Under the pieces are notes generated by a model, which was given only the letters and a program-made list of their open reading frames with translations, did not search any database and had not been told where the DNA came from. From IMG/VR virus record IMGVR_UViG_3300017722_005389: a stretch of 64,000 nt of DNA, one strand, 5' to 3'. The DNA comes from a virus. Its lineage: Duplodnaviria; Caudoviricetes. Position numbers and translations under genes: made by a program. Shown here in pieces: positions 1-10,209 of the stretch (position 1 is its first letter; every line of letters starts with the position of its first letter).

Positions 1-1572
1 AGTAAATTAAATGAGCTTTCTACAGGAGTTTTATATGGTGGAACTATAACAAGTGATTACACTATCAATAAAGTTGATATTGAGGCAGGTGTAGGACAAT
101 TACTAATAAAAGAAGATAACTGTGAATATTTAAGACAATTTTCATGGGAAACTATTATTAATTATGAAATAACTGATGTAGGTTCTTATGAATATACAGT
201 TATTTATGTAGATAGATTTGGAACAATTCGTCAAAGGAAGACTATGCTTACCGATGAAGAATTAGAAACTAATATTGTTTTAGCTATTGTATTTCATATA
301 GACAATATAAAGGTCAATCAAATCATTAATCAAAAGACAGTTCCATTAGATACACCAGGAAGAGTTATAACTTTCTTAAGAAAGCTTGGTTTAATGAGAA
401 TAAATGGTCTTTCTGTCGAACCAAATATAGCAAGTTTGAAATTAAATCGTTCTGAAGGAACAATATTTGGGCTTGGAGTTAATTATTTTAGCGGTTCTAC
501 AAATGTAGATGAATTATATCTTTCTGGTGAAACTTTTTGTAATATTCTTTATGTTTATAAGAATGGTACAGGTGGATTTGTTTATGATAACAATGGAGGA
601 TTGTTTTATTCTGATTTAGATCCTAATTTTTATGATGATGGAACTGGAATTTTGCAGGCTTTGGGTGTTGATGAATGGACAGTGCAAAGATGTTTTTTAT
701 TCCCAGAGAATCCTTCAGAACTTGTAATTTACTATGGGCAGTATAAATATGTTTCTTATGATGAAGCTAGAGCCTCTTTGGAATATGAAGTTTTTGATGA
801 AGATGAAATTTCCAAAAGAAATGCAGTGTTCCTTGGATATATTATTGTAAAAAATGGAACAACTGATTCATCAGATTTGAATGATTGCAAAATATTACAA
901 TCAGGGTTCATAAGAAATTTACCTATTGGTGGTGGAGGAAGTGGATCTACAGGAAGTACTATTTCACAAGATTTAGATTCTGTTTTAACTATTGGAAATA
1001 ATGCAGGTTCTAATGATATAGATTTGAACAATAATGATTTGTTGAATGTTGATAATATAAATTTAAATACTATTAATGGTGCTGCTTATCCTCCAACAGG
1101 AAGTACAATTGTAGATGCATCAGGGGTTACTTATGATAATGTTTCTTCTGGATTAAGTTCTACAGATGTTCAAGGGGCTATTGATGAATTAAATTTTCTT
1201 ATAGGTGGTATTACTGTAACCTCTGATAAAGGTTCATTTGGAGCGAGTGCAGATGCATCTACTCTTGGATTATTAGGGTATATTACTATACCTTATAATG
1301 GAACTATTACAGGATGGCAAGTTATTGGGGATGCAGTAGGGAGCTGTGTATTTGATATATGGAAAACTGCATCAGGAATTATCCCAACGGTAGCAAATAC
1401 AATTGCAGGGAGTGAGAAACCTACATTAACATCTCAGCTAATTAATTCTGATTTAAGTTTAAGTACATGGACTACAACTATTACTGCAGGAGATATAATT
1501 GGTATCAGTTTAGATTCGGCATCTTCATTGACAAGCATATGGCTTACAGTATTTACAACTAAATTACCTTAA
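1..1572 (+). CDS. Virion structural/tail-associated protein, 5'-truncated
   Basis: Frame 1 is open from base 1 through the track ORF at 244; G/S/T/N-rich C-terminal half typical of phage tail fibre/baseplate proteins. Confidence 0.55.
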   Translation, partial: SKLNELSTGVLYGGTITSDYTINKVDIEAGVGQLLIKEDNCEYLRQFSWETIINYEITDVGSYEYTVIYVDRFGTIRQRKTMLTDEELETNIVLAIVFHIDNIKVNQIINQKTVPLDTPGRVITFLRKLGLMRINGLSVEPNIASLKLNRSEGTIFGLGVNYFSGSTNVDELYLSGETFCNILYVYKNGTGGFVYDNNGGLFYSDLDPNFYDDGTGILQALGVDEWTVQRCFLFPENPSELVIYYGQYKYVSYDEARASLEYEVFDEDEISKRNAVFLGYIIVKNGTTDSSDLNDCKILQSGFIRNLPIGGGGSGSTGSTISQDLDSVLTIGNNAGSNDIDLNNNDLLNVDNINLNTINGAAYPPTGSTIVDASGVTYDNVSSGLSSTDVQGAIDELNFLIGGITVTSDKGSFGASADASTLGLLGYITIPYNGTITGWQVIGDAVGSCVFDIWKTASGIIPTVANTIAGSEKPTLTSQLINSDLSLSTWTTTITAGDIIGISLDSASSLTSIWLTVFTTKLP

Positions 1573-1574
1573 TT

Positions 1575-1838
1575 ATGAATTGGAAATTATTAAATAGGAG
1601 AGAAGTTCCTCAACAGCAAACATATTTTCAGTATGATGAAGAGGGTAATCCTATAGAGGGGGCTGAGACTACATTTGATTATGTGATGGTATATACTCTT
1701 GTGGAATATAATTTTCCTGAGAATAGTCAAACGGTACAAGTGGAAATCACTCATTTTAATCCTCAATCGGAGGAAGAGATTGAAATAGGGATACGTAATA
1801 GAGGAATTACTGAACAGCGTAAACTTTCTAATGGATAA
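1575..1838 (+). CDS. Small tail-associated hypothetical protein
   Basis: 87 aa ORF tightly packed between two structural-type genes. Confidence 0.6.
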   Translation: MNWKLLNRREVPQQQTYFQYDEEGNPIEGAETTFDYVMVYTLVEYNFPENSQTVQVEITHFNPQSEEEIEIGIRNRGITEQRKLSNG

Positions 1839-1840
1839 AT

Positions 1841-4045
1841 ATGGCAAATAGATTTTGGGTAGGTGGTGGAACAGGAAATTATAATTCCACAACAAATTGG
1901 TCTGCATCATCAGGTGGGGCATCGGGTGCTTCTGTGCCAACAAATACAGATGATGTATTTTTCAATGCGAGTAGTGGAAGTGGAACTGCAACTATAAATG
2001 TTGCATCCAATTGTTTGAGTTTAAATCTAACAGGATTTGCAGGTACTATAAATTTTGCAAATACTTTATCTTTAAATGGTACTTCTATAAATTTTGGTAC
2101 AGGGGGATATACTGTTTCAGGTGCAAGTAATTTAAGATTATTAACTGCAATGACTATTACAAGTAATGGAACTATCTACACAGGAAATGTTGATTTTGCA
2201 GGGAATGTTATATATACGCTTGCAGATAATATGTCTGTATCAGGTACGGTTATTTTTTCAACTTCAGGTAATGCAACTTTAAATGGGAATACTTTTAATA
2301 TTAGAGGTAATTTAACTCATTCGGGTAATGGAACTGTATTAGGAACAACTTCATTTATTTTAGGTGGAACAGGAACTTGGAATCATACTGCTTCGGGTGC
2401 TATAAGAAATAATTTAACTGTAAATACTATAGGGACTATCACATTAGGAACAAATGTAAGATATAATACAGGCACTTTGACGTATACTACAGGAACTGTT
2501 GTAACTACAGGTTCTACTTTAAATATTGCTACAGCAACAACTTTAACTACAAATGGTATTACTTGGAATAATATTTCATCAAGTGGTTCAGTTGTTATAA
2601 CATTAGGAAGCAATTTAACTTTAACAGGAACATTAACTGTGACTTCAGCATTAAGTTTTACTTTAGGTGGAAACAGTTTAATAAGTACAAATGCTAATTT
2701 ATTTTTGGATAATGGGTCATTTACTTTACCTGCAAACCAAACATTTAAATCTTTACTTACAGGAAATCTTACAGCAGCAATAAATAGTAATACTTTAACT
2801 TTAACAGAAAATATTACATTGGCAGCACCTACTACAGGTACTTCATCAATTGTATATGGAGGAACAGGAACTTGGACTGCATCAACTTCTGCACATATTA
2901 TAAACAATAATTTCACAATAAATACAGCAGGAACATTAACCATATCGGGTATAGTGTATAAAGGGACAAATACTTTTACCTATACTGCTGGTACAATCGT
3001 AGATACGGGGGCTACCGTTGTAGTGGGTAGTAGTGCAGGTGGAACTACTTGTAATGTCGCAGGAAAAACTTGGGAAAAATTGTTGATAAGTGGAGGAGTA
3101 ATCACTCTCACAAGTAATATAAATGCGGTTACATTAGGAACAACCGCTAATACTGCAATTTCTTTTACTCTTGGAGGGAATACATTAAATTTCACTCATT
3201 TGGAATTAGGTAGTCTTAATACCACTACATTACCTTCTGCGTGGGTTTGTCAAAATATCAATTATACACTTGCTTCATCAGGGACAATAAATGGATTCAG
3301 TATAACAATAAATGGAAATATTGTACAATCGGGTAATGGTGTTTTAAATGGAACAACTACGTTTACTTATGGAGGAACAGGCACTTGGTCAAGAACAGGT
3401 ACTACTTATTTTACAAACAGTTTTACAATTAATACTGCAGGCACTTTAACATTTTCAGGTGGAAGTATTGGTGGAGGCATTTTTACATATACTGCAGGGA
3501 CTGTTAATGTACAAACAGGTTCTATATTATATATAAGACAAGCTAGTACTACTATGAATCATGGTAATATTGTTTGGTATGATGTTATATTGGGTACCGC
3601 ATTAGGTGCAGGGGGTATTCCAAGTTTAGTTTTAAATAATAAACTAACTTGTAGTAATTCTTTAATATTGGGAACATCTTCTACAGTTTTTTCAGGTACT
3701 GATGGTACATTTGATACTTATGATTTATATTTTGGTTCGCCTTTATCTTCAAGTCAAACAACAAGACTTGTTGCTACAAAAACATATACTGTAAGAAGAT
3801 TGGTACAATGTACGCAAGCTCCATCTACATTTCCATTAATTTTAAATAGTACAGTAGCAGGTACAAGAGCAATATTTACAGTTCTTAAAGGTTCAACTAT
3901 AGATATAGGGTTTTTAAATGTAACAGATATAAATTCTTCTTTAGGAAAAAAATTATATTCCTATAGAGGGGTGATATCAAATTCTTTAAATTGGGCACAA
4001 TTGCCAACAGATGTAAAACCTGCGACTTCTATATTTGTAAATTAA
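1841..4045 (+). CDS. Repetitive G/T/N-rich beta-helix-like structural or adhesin protein (tail fibre-like)
   Basis: N-term NRFWVGGGTGN..W; three internal repeats GGTGTW..N.T(I/V)NT.GT.T..TYT.GT. Confidence 0.55.
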   Translation: MANRFWVGGGTGNYNSTTNWSASSGGASGASVPTNTDDVFFNASSGSGTATINVASNCLSLNLTGFAGTINFANTLSLNGTSINFGTGGYTVSGASNLRLLTAMTITSNGTIYTGNVDFAGNVIYTLADNMSVSGTVIFSTSGNATLNGNTFNIRGNLTHSGNGTVLGTTSFILGGTGTWNHTASGAIRNNLTVNTIGTITLGTNVRYNTGTLTYTTGTVVTTGSTLNIATATTLTTNGITWNNISSSGSVVITLGSNLTLTGTLTVTSALSFTLGGNSLISTNANLFLDNGSFTLPANQTFKSLLTGNLTAAINSNTLTLTENITLAAPTTGTSSIVYGGTGTWTASTSAHIINNNFTINTAGTLTISGIVYKGTNTFTYTAGTIVDTGATVVVGSSAGGTTCNVAGKTWEKLLISGGVITLTSNINAVTLGTTANTAISFTLGGNTLNFTHLELGSLNTTTLPSAWVCQNINYTLASSGTINGFSITINGNIVQSGNGVLNGTTTFTYGGTGTWSRTGTTYFTNSFTINTAGTLTFSGGSIGGGIFTYTAGTVNVQTGSILYIRQASTTMNHGNIVWYDVILGTALGAGGIPSLVLNNKLTCSNSLILGTSSTVFSGTDGTFDTYDLYFGSPLSSSQTTRLVATKTYTVRRLVQCTQAPSTFPLILNSTVAGTRAIFTVLKGSTIDIGFLNVTDINSSLGKKLYSYRGVISNSLNWAQLPTDVKPATSIFVN

Positions 4046-4059
4046 AAACATTATAACAC

Positions 4060-4524
4060 ATGGCAAAATATTGGACTGATGATGAAGGTCTTGAAAACAT
4101 GAAAAAATATTGTGTTGAACAAGATAGATGTCAATCGGAAGTTAGAAGCAAACTTATAGATCACCAAATATACGGTGAAAGAACGGAAGGTATCATAGCG
4201 GATTTGATTTCCGAAGGATACATAGATGAGCAAAGGTTTGCAAATTCATATACCAGGGGGAAGTTCAGAATGAATCATTGGGGCAAAACAAAAATCAAAC
4301 AAGGATTAAAGCTGAAGCAGATATCGGAGTATTGCATCAAAAGAGCTTTTAAAGAGATTGATGATGAAGTTTATTTAGAAACCTTATCAAATCTTCTAAA
4401 GAAAAAAGTATCTTCAATATCTGGAAATACTTATCAAAAGAAACAAAAACTAATTCAATACGCTCTTTCAAAAGGCTTCGAAAATTATGCTATTGAAATA
4501 GCTTTAGAAAATGTTAGCTTCTAA
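4060..4524 (+). CDS. recX: RecX regulatory protein, Bacteroidota type
   Basis: YC..QDRC..EVR.KL, GYIDEQRFA..Y.RGKFR.NHWG..KI, K.I.YAL.KGF motifs. Confidence 0.9.
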   Translation: MAKYWTDDEGLENMKKYCVEQDRCQSEVRSKLIDHQIYGERTEGIIADLISEGYIDEQRFANSYTRGKFRMNHWGKTKIKQGLKLKQISEYCIKRAFKEIDDEVYLETLSNLLKKKVSSISGNTYQKKQKLIQYALSKGFENYAIEIALENVSF

Positions 4525-4561
4525 TGAAAGTTTGAAAATTACTTTACTATTTATATCAAAA

Positions 4562-5341
4562 ATGATTTTACTTACAGAATCACAATTAAAACTATTAGTA
4601 GAACGTCAAGGTGATTTGGATTTTATTAAAACTTCAAATGAAATTTTTAATATTCTTTTTAAATTTACAAATTCTTTAGATGAAATTAAAAAAGATGGAT
4701 TACTCAGAAACGCTTTGGCAAACTTCCAAAGTAAGTTTCCTGAAATTTCTTTAGAAACCAAAAGAAGAAATCAAAAAATTGCGGATGTAATTTTGAAATA
4801 TACCATAAACTCAGAAGATTATTTTACTGAATTTGAAAATAAAGAACTTTCTTTTGAGATTTATTTTATTACCAATAAATTCAGATCTTATGGAGTTTAT
4901 GATGAACAGGGAATTATAAAAATTTATTGTGAAATGAATTCTTTAAAAGAATCATTTTCAGAAGCGTTTTTGAAACGTAAAGGTGAATTATCGCATGAGC
5001 TGAAACATTTTTATGACGATCAAAAAACAAAATTTAAAGCAAGTTCTAATTACCAGTATGCACCATCAAGATTGGTAAAAGGAAAAGAGAAAGATTTGAT
5101 GACAAAAAAATATTATAATCAGGCTTTTGAAAAAAATGCCTTCTTCACTACAATTTTACAAAAAGCAATTGAAATTTATGATTCATTGAAAGATGAATAT
5201 GGCACAAAAAATGAAGCGATCAAAGCTACATATAATGAATTAGAAGATTATATGGAAAGTCTTTATGATGATGGTTATTTTTCTGCAGACATAAAAAGAT
5301 ATATGCTTTCGAGGCTTTATACTTCTTTGGAAAAATTATGA
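4562..5341 (+). CDS. Leader-bearing protein with zincin HExxH motif
   Basis: Start re-called to MILLTESQLKLLVE (track 4511), TATTTATA at 4548; LSHELKH. Confidence 0.65.
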   Translation: MILLTESQLKLLVERQGDLDFIKTSNEIFNILFKFTNSLDEIKKDGLLRNALANFQSKFPEISLETKRRNQKIADVILKYTINSEDYFTEFENKELSFEIYFITNKFRSYGVYDEQGIIKIYCEMNSLKESFSEAFLKRKGELSHELKHFYDDQKTKFKASSNYQYAPSRLVKGKEKDLMTKKYYNQAFEKNAFFTTILQKAIEIYDSLKDEYGTKNEAIKATYNELEDYMESLYDDGYFSADIKRYMLSRLYTSLEKL

Positions 5342-5363
5342 TATTTATAATAAAATTATTCTA

Positions 5364-5852
5364 ATGAAAAAAATTTTGATTCTTGAGGAGACTTATAAAC
5401 TTCTTTTTGAAAACATCAATGATTATTCGAAATGGAAAAGAAAAAATGTTACATTGAGAGGAATGAAATCACTTGGTGTTGATAATGGAGTTTGGGGTTC
5501 CTTTGGAAGAGGATTATATACTGAGCCTTTAAGTAATAAAGCAATGGCAAAACAGTATGGTGATGTTTATTTTGTAGTAAATGCTGTTCCAAAAAATCCT
5601 AAAATTGTAAATGGAATGAATAATGCAGAACTATGGAGACAAGATTTGGTTGAAAAATTCTGTAAAGCACATGGGGTTGATTATAGTGTAGGATTTTTTG
5701 AAGAGCACACTTCAATAGAAGAAGAAATGTTGAAATTAGGTTATGATGGCTTTATGATCAAAGGACGAGAAATGGTAAATTACAAACCTGAAAATATTAA
5801 ATATTTTAGAAATGAAGATGAATTAAAACGTTATTTTGAATCTATTAATTAG
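5364..5852 (+). CDS. Leader-bearing ADP-ribosyltransferase-like protein (ART-PolyVal-like)
   Basis: Leader MKKILILEETYKLLFE; FGRGLYT, YG.VY, NP, GYDG, E.V.Y.P pattern. Confidence 0.5.
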   Translation: MKKILILEETYKLLFENINDYSKWKRKNVTLRGMKSLGVDNGVWGSFGRGLYTEPLSNKAMAKQYGDVYFVVNAVPKNPKIVNGMNNAELWRQDLVEKFCKAHGVDYSVGFFEEHTSIEEEMLKLGYDGFMIKGREMVNYKPENIKYFRNEDELKRYFESIN

Positions 5853-5894
5853 AAGAAATATAAAAAAAAGTTAAATACTAGAAAATAAATAATT

Positions 5895-5928
5895 AAAAAA
5901 AGGTGCTAAAAATTTTAGCACCTTTTTG
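5895..5928. terminator. Bidirectional intrinsic terminator
   Basis: AAAAAGGTGCTAAAA/TTTTAGCACCTTTTT hairpin between convergent genes. Confidence 0.85.
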
Positions 5929-5930
5929 TT

Positions 5931-6335
5931 TTAATGTTTCAATGTCAGAAGATATTTTGTTTTTGCGGTTAAAGCCATAACTTCATCAAGAAGATTTTTT
6001 ATAAAGCTTTCTTCAATCTGCTCATAATACCCCATAATTTTTTTGCAGAAGCCTTCCATGTATTTCATGGAACAACCTTCACTGTAAGGTTTGAATCTCA
6101 ATCCAAACTCACCATTGGTACGTTGGTGAGCCCCCATATAAACTTCAACGAGATTGTCGCTTAAATCTGAGATACCTTCATAAAATGCTCCCAAAGCCAT
6201 ATGCTCTGAATAGAAAGTTGTTTGTTGATGCCAGAATTTGATTTGAATAGTGGCATGTTCAAGACATTGAAAAAGGTCTAAAGAATTCAATTCTTCCATT
6301 GAATCTCCAAATCCCATTGAATTTTTATACTCCAT
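5931..6335 (-). CDS. Ferritin/Dps-like four-helix bundle protein (DUF5856-like)
   Basis: HWQ-like WHQQT, EH.ALG.FYE, D.LVE.Y.G, L.DE...L..KT.YLLTL. Confidence 0.7.
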   Translation of the reverse strand: MEYKNSMGFGDSMEELNSLDLFQCLEHATIQIKFWHQQTTFYSEHMALGAFYEGISDLSDNLVEVYMGAHQRTNGEFGLRFKPYSEGCSMKYMEGFCKKIMGYYEQIEESFIKNLLDEVMALTAKTKYLLTLKH

Positions 6336-6401
6336 ATTGAAACTTTTATTATAAATACTCTGTTAAGGATAAAATAAACAAGTATTAAATAAAAAAAGAT
6401 T

Positions 6402-6719
6402 ATGAAAGAATTAACAGAACGTACACTAAAGGAAGCATTGAAGGAAAATAAATTGGTTTTTAGTTACTATGGAGCCAAATGGTGTTCGCCATGTAATGCA
6501 ATACATCCAATTGTTGAAGAACTCTCAAAAGAAAATGATAATATTTTCATTGGAAAAGTAGATGTGGAAACAAATCCAGAACTTTGTGATGAATATGGCA
6601 TAAGAAGTATTCCAGCTCTCATATTTTATAAGAATGGAGAACCTGTTGAAAGATTACTTGGATTTCATAGTAAAGCTGATCTTCAAGCAGTTATAGATAA
6701 ACTTTCTAAGGAAAACTAA
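6402..6719 (+). CDS. trxA: Thioredoxin
   Basis: WCSPC active site, KVDVE, GIRSIP, F.KNGE. Confidence 0.9.
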   Translation: MKELTERTLKEALKENKLVFSYYGAKWCSPCNAIHPIVEELSKENDNIFIGKVDVETNPELCDEYGIRSIPALIFYKNGEPVERLLGFHSKADLQAVIDKLSKEN

Positions 6720-6723
6720 AATT

Positions 6724-6768
6724 ATATTCCGCCAAAAGTCAATATTTTTATCACTTTTGGCGGAATAT
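6724..6768. repeat. Perfect 16-bp inverted repeat (terminator or operator) between trxA and thyA
   Basis: ATATTCCGCCAAAAGT / ACTTTTGGCGGAATAT with 13-nt loop. Confidence 0.75.
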
Positions 6769-6810
6769 GAACTTTTTAATAGAATATTGAGTTGTTATAT
6801 TTAAACCATT

Positions 6811-7647
6811 ATGATTAATAAAGCAGATTTATACTTCAAAAGAAACCTCAACCTAATTCTTGATGAAGGTTGTTGGGATGAAAACCCAAGACCTAAATAT
6901 AAAGATGGAACCCCAGCACATACCAAATTCATCACTCAGGTTTATGAGGAATATAATATTTCTAAGGGAGAATTCCCTATAACAACATTAAGACCGACTG
7001 CTATCAAAACAGGCATCAAAGAGATTCTTTGAATATATCAAAAGCAAACAGCTTCACTTCAAGTTGCTCGTGAAATGGGCATAAATTGGTGGGATGAATG
7101 GAATATAGGTGACGATACTATAGGATTAAGATACGGTGCGACTGTTAAGAAGTGGGATATTATGAATAAAGTTTTAGATTCAGTAAAAAATAATCCATTT
7201 TCAAGAAGACATATCATAAACCTTTATCAAGAATCAGATTTAGCTGAAAGTGCTGGATTACACCCTTGTGCATTTTTAGCTGAATTCCATGTAAGAAAAG
7301 TTAATGGTAATTATATTTTAGATTTGACCTTATATCAAAGAAGTTCAGACTATATTATGGCAAATATTATAAACAAGTGCCAGTATTTAGCTTTGCAAAT
7401 GATGGTTGCTGGACATTGTGGATATAGCGTAGGAAAGTTTTGCCATTTCGTTGGGAATTTACATATTTACGATCGACATATGCCTGCAGTAGAAGAACTA
7501 TTGAAAAAAGAACCATTAGAAAATAATCATCCGTATATAGAATTGAATACTCAAAAGAACTTTTACGAATATTCTTTGGAAGATTTTAAAATTCACAATA
7601 CAAAATTTGTAACCAATATCGTAAACAAATTAGAAATCGCAATATGA
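6811..7647 (+). pseudogene. thyA: Thymidylate synthase interrupted by an in-frame TGA at 7030-7032
   Basis: Track ORFs 6811-7032 and 7075-7647 are in the same frame; FPITTLR..A.K..IKEIL*IYQ, W.EW, YG, L.PC, LYQRS.D, N..QY, HIYDRH. Confidence 0.85.
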
Positions 7648-7886
7648 AAAATTCTGTAGCAATATTAGATATTCTTGAGTATGCTAAAAACATTATGGAA
7701 TATAAGCATCGTGAAGCCAGGTTAATGATAACCAAAGAACTTATGGGAATTTGTAATCCTTATTTATTCAAAAGTGCTATTATTTATGATGTGATATATA
7801 ATAAAGTTAATGAGACTGTAATCCTAAAGGAATTTACAGATTTTGTTGGAGTTAAAGAAGATTTTCAAGTTATAATAATAATATAG
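7644..7886 (+). CDS. Hypothetical protein
   Basis: ATGA overlap with thyA stop. Confidence 0.6.
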   Translation: MKNSVAILDILEYAKNIMEYKHREARLMITKELMGICNPYLFKSAIIYDVIYNKVNETVILKEFTDFVGVKEDFQVIIII

Positions 7887-7889
7887 TTT

Positions 7890-8072
7890 ATGAATGAAAT
7901 GAAATTTTTTGCCACAGGATTGCTTGGGATTACTTTAACAATAGCTATATATACTATATATGAAAACTTAAAAGCGCACTATTTTTATGCTAATGGATTC
8001 ATAATTTTAATAATTTTTATTATTTGGATCCTAATATTTTATATAATTTACAACACTTTTAAAAAATCTTAA
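7890..8072 (+). CDS. Small membrane protein (2 TM)
   Basis: Two hydrophobic stretches. Confidence 0.55.
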   Translation: MNEMKFFATGLLGITLTIAIYTIYENLKAHYFYANGFIILIIFIIWILIFYIIYNTFKKS

Positions 8073-8091
8073 ACATTATAATACCAAACTA

Positions 8092-8502
8092 ATGAAAAAA
8101 CCTAATCCTTTATCAGACTTTGAACAAACTTTACTTTGGATGGCAATAAGATATGCTATGAATAGACAATCCATTGCCTCAGCAACTTTACCTACAGATA
8201 TTATATCAAATTGGTATCATAGGTTATCAAAAAATGATATGGAACGAACTGTTATAGATCTCCAAAGAAATTTGCAAGATTTCGAAGAAAGAGCATTTGG
8301 TGATCCAGGAATTGATAAACCTATTTGGATAAAATTTATGAATGCTTTAGATGAAAATTGTCATATAAAGGTTAAACTTATTAATGATACAGAAGAAATT
8401 GTTTTTCCCTTTGAAGGTGAATATATTCCGTTAGCAAGCTATATTTCAACCCCATATAGACACATCTTCATTCCTAAAGAAAATATAAAAGAGTTCTTAT
8501 GA
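8092..8502 (+). CDS. Hypothetical protein
   Basis: Packed ORF, phage-like composition. Confidence 0.65.
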   Translation: MKKPNPLSDFEQTLLWMAIRYAMNRQSIASATLPTDIISNWYHRLSKNDMERTVIDLQRNLQDFEERAFGDPGIDKPIWIKFMNALDENCHIKVKLINDTEEIVFPFEGEYIPLASYISTPYRHIFIPKENIKEFL

Positions 8503-8546
8503 TGAATGCATATTTTATTATGCAAAACCCCCCATTTTAACTAAAA

Positions 8547-8966
8547 ATGTATAATATAATATTCAAATTTATGAAAAATGTAAGTACAGTTATTTTAGAT
8601 AGAGATGATCTTAAAGAAAGTTATATTCAATTTGATGAAATTACATTAGAAAGTTTTAAAAATTTTCTTAATGAAGATGTATTTCAAACTTTGAATGAAA
8701 GCCTTGTAATATTTACAGATTATGACCTTAGAACGAAGATTATTAATAATCCATATGGTAACAAGACTTTTTCTAAAAATGAGCTTATAAAGGTTTCTTT
8801 TGAGGATTATGAGTATACTTGTTCAGATGGATGTTGTCATGATTATGGTACTATTGTAACCGTAAATGGAACTGAATTGCCAAATCATAATTATCAGGAT
8901 CCAGGAAATACCGTTGAGCAGGTTTTAAATTATTTAGGTTACAATGTTGAAATCGATTATATATGA
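8547..8966 (+). CDS. Hypothetical protein (C-term CSDGCC.DYG...VNG motif)
   Basis: Packed ORF. Confidence 0.6.
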   Translation: MYNIIFKFMKNVSTVILDRDDLKESYIQFDEITLESFKNFLNEDVFQTLNESLVIFTDYDLRTKIINNPYGNKTFSKNELIKVSFEDYEYTCSDGCCHDYGTIVTVNGTELPNHNYQDPGNTVEQVLNYLGYNVEIDYI

Positions 8967-9004
8967 TATAAAAAATGATAATTAATAGATATTTATAATA
9001 AAAA

Positions 9005-9436
9005 ATGAAGTCTATTAAGATTACTGAAGAGGTTTATAATAAATTACTTTCGGAGAAAAAAAAGAAGCGAGATAGATGTCTCAGAATTGCCGATAGAGTG
9101 TATGATAAACCTTCTTCATATAAATCAGGTGCTGCTGAAAGATGTAGACAAGGTAAAATTTGGAAGGGATTAAGTGAAGATTATATTAAAAATTTGATTA
9201 ATGAAATTATTTCTGAAGATGAATCTCTTCACAAATGGTTTTCAAGAAAGGGGGCTCCAGGAAAATCTGGTGGATGGGTAGATTGTAATACATGTAGAAA
9301 CGTTGATGGAAAAACAAAATGCAAAAGTTGTGGAAGGGAAAAAGGAGAAACAAGAAGTAAGTATCCATCTTGCAGACCTACACCTGGAAAATGTAAAGAT
9401 ACTGGAAAGGGAAAAACTTGGGGAAAAACAAAATAA
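9005..9436 (+). CDS. Leader-bearing basic Cys-rich protein
   Basis: TATTTATA at 8990; MKSIKITEEVYNKLLSE; second Glu site then L.KWF..GGWVDC..CGR..KYP.C.P module. Confidence 0.7.
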   Translation: MKSIKITEEVYNKLLSEKKKKRDRCLRIADRVYDKPSSYKSGAAERCRQGKIWKGLSEDYIKNLINEIISEDESLHKWFSRKGAPGKSGGWVDCNTCRNVDGKTKCKSCGREKGETRSKYPSCRPTPGKCKDTGKGKTWGKTK

Positions 9437-9455
9437 TTTTTAAACATCTTTCAAA

Positions 9456-9926
9456 ATGATAAAAGCATTTGCTTCAGTAGAAAGGGAATTTGTGGAAGAT
9501 TATAAATTTAATGCTGACGAATATTGCTTTTTTGATAACCCTGAGTCTGCAAGAGAAGATTTAGAACCCTTTAAAGAAGATGAAGATTTGGCATATGTGA
9601 TCGAAGTTGAAATTTACGCCAAAATGTTTAATATTTATGACAGAATTCATAGAAGTAAATTGTATACATCTTTACCCCAAAAAACCAATGTAGGAAGGTT
9701 TGTAATAAATAAAGATAGCCTCATTTGTTTTCTTATGGGAGATTTAAATAGAGATTCAGAAAATTTAGAGGTAAGTGATAGCACAGATAAGTTATTTTCT
9801 TTATCAATAAAAAATGCAATACAAGAATTAGGATATGAAGGTTATGTTTCGATGTTTGAATCTTTATCGAAATACACTGTATTCAATCCAGATAAACATG
9901 TAGACGTTATAAAAGTTTTTATATAA
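9456..9926 (+). CDS. Possible degenerate ART-PolyVal-like protein
   Basis: FF.N...A, GYEGY, YTVFNP resemble the ART-PolyVal C-terminus. Confidence 0.35.
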   Translation: MIKAFASVEREFVEDYKFNADEYCFFDNPESAREDLEPFKEDEDLAYVIEVEIYAKMFNIYDRIHRSKLYTSLPQKTNVGRFVINKDSLICFLMGDLNRDSENLEVSDSTDKLFSLSIKNAIQELGYEGYVSMFESLSKYTVFNPDKHVDVIKVFI

Positions 9927-9928
9927 CT

Positions 9929-10171
9929 ATGGAAAGGTTTAACAAAAGAATATTTGGCAATTTTTCAAATAATATGGCAATTATAAAGAAAATTGTAAAT
10001 CAACCAAAGAAAATTTTAAATTCTGAGGAACCTTCTTTAAAGGAGGAAATTGTTATTGAAGAATCTATTATTGAAAATGTCACTCCCATTGAAGAAATAG
10101 TAGAAGAAAATGAAAAAATTATCACTTCTGAAGAAAAGCCTAAAAAAGGTCGTAAAAAAAAATCTGAATAA
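9929..10171 (+). CDS. Acidic/basic low-complexity hypothetical protein
   Basis: E-rich core, KPKKGRKKK tail. Confidence 0.55.
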   Translation: MERFNKRIFGNFSNNMAIIKKIVNQPKKILNSEEPSLKEEIVIEESIIENVTPIEEIVEENEKIITSEEKPKKGRKKKSE

Positions 10172-10209
10172 TTTTTCTACAAATTTAAAAAAGTTTAAAA
10201 AATATTTCA

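Noticed and set aside
756-3195. Minus-strand track ORFs 756-1031, 1590-1943, 2383-2943, 2980-3195
   Set aside because: Antisense shadows of long, compositionally coherent plus-strand structural genes.
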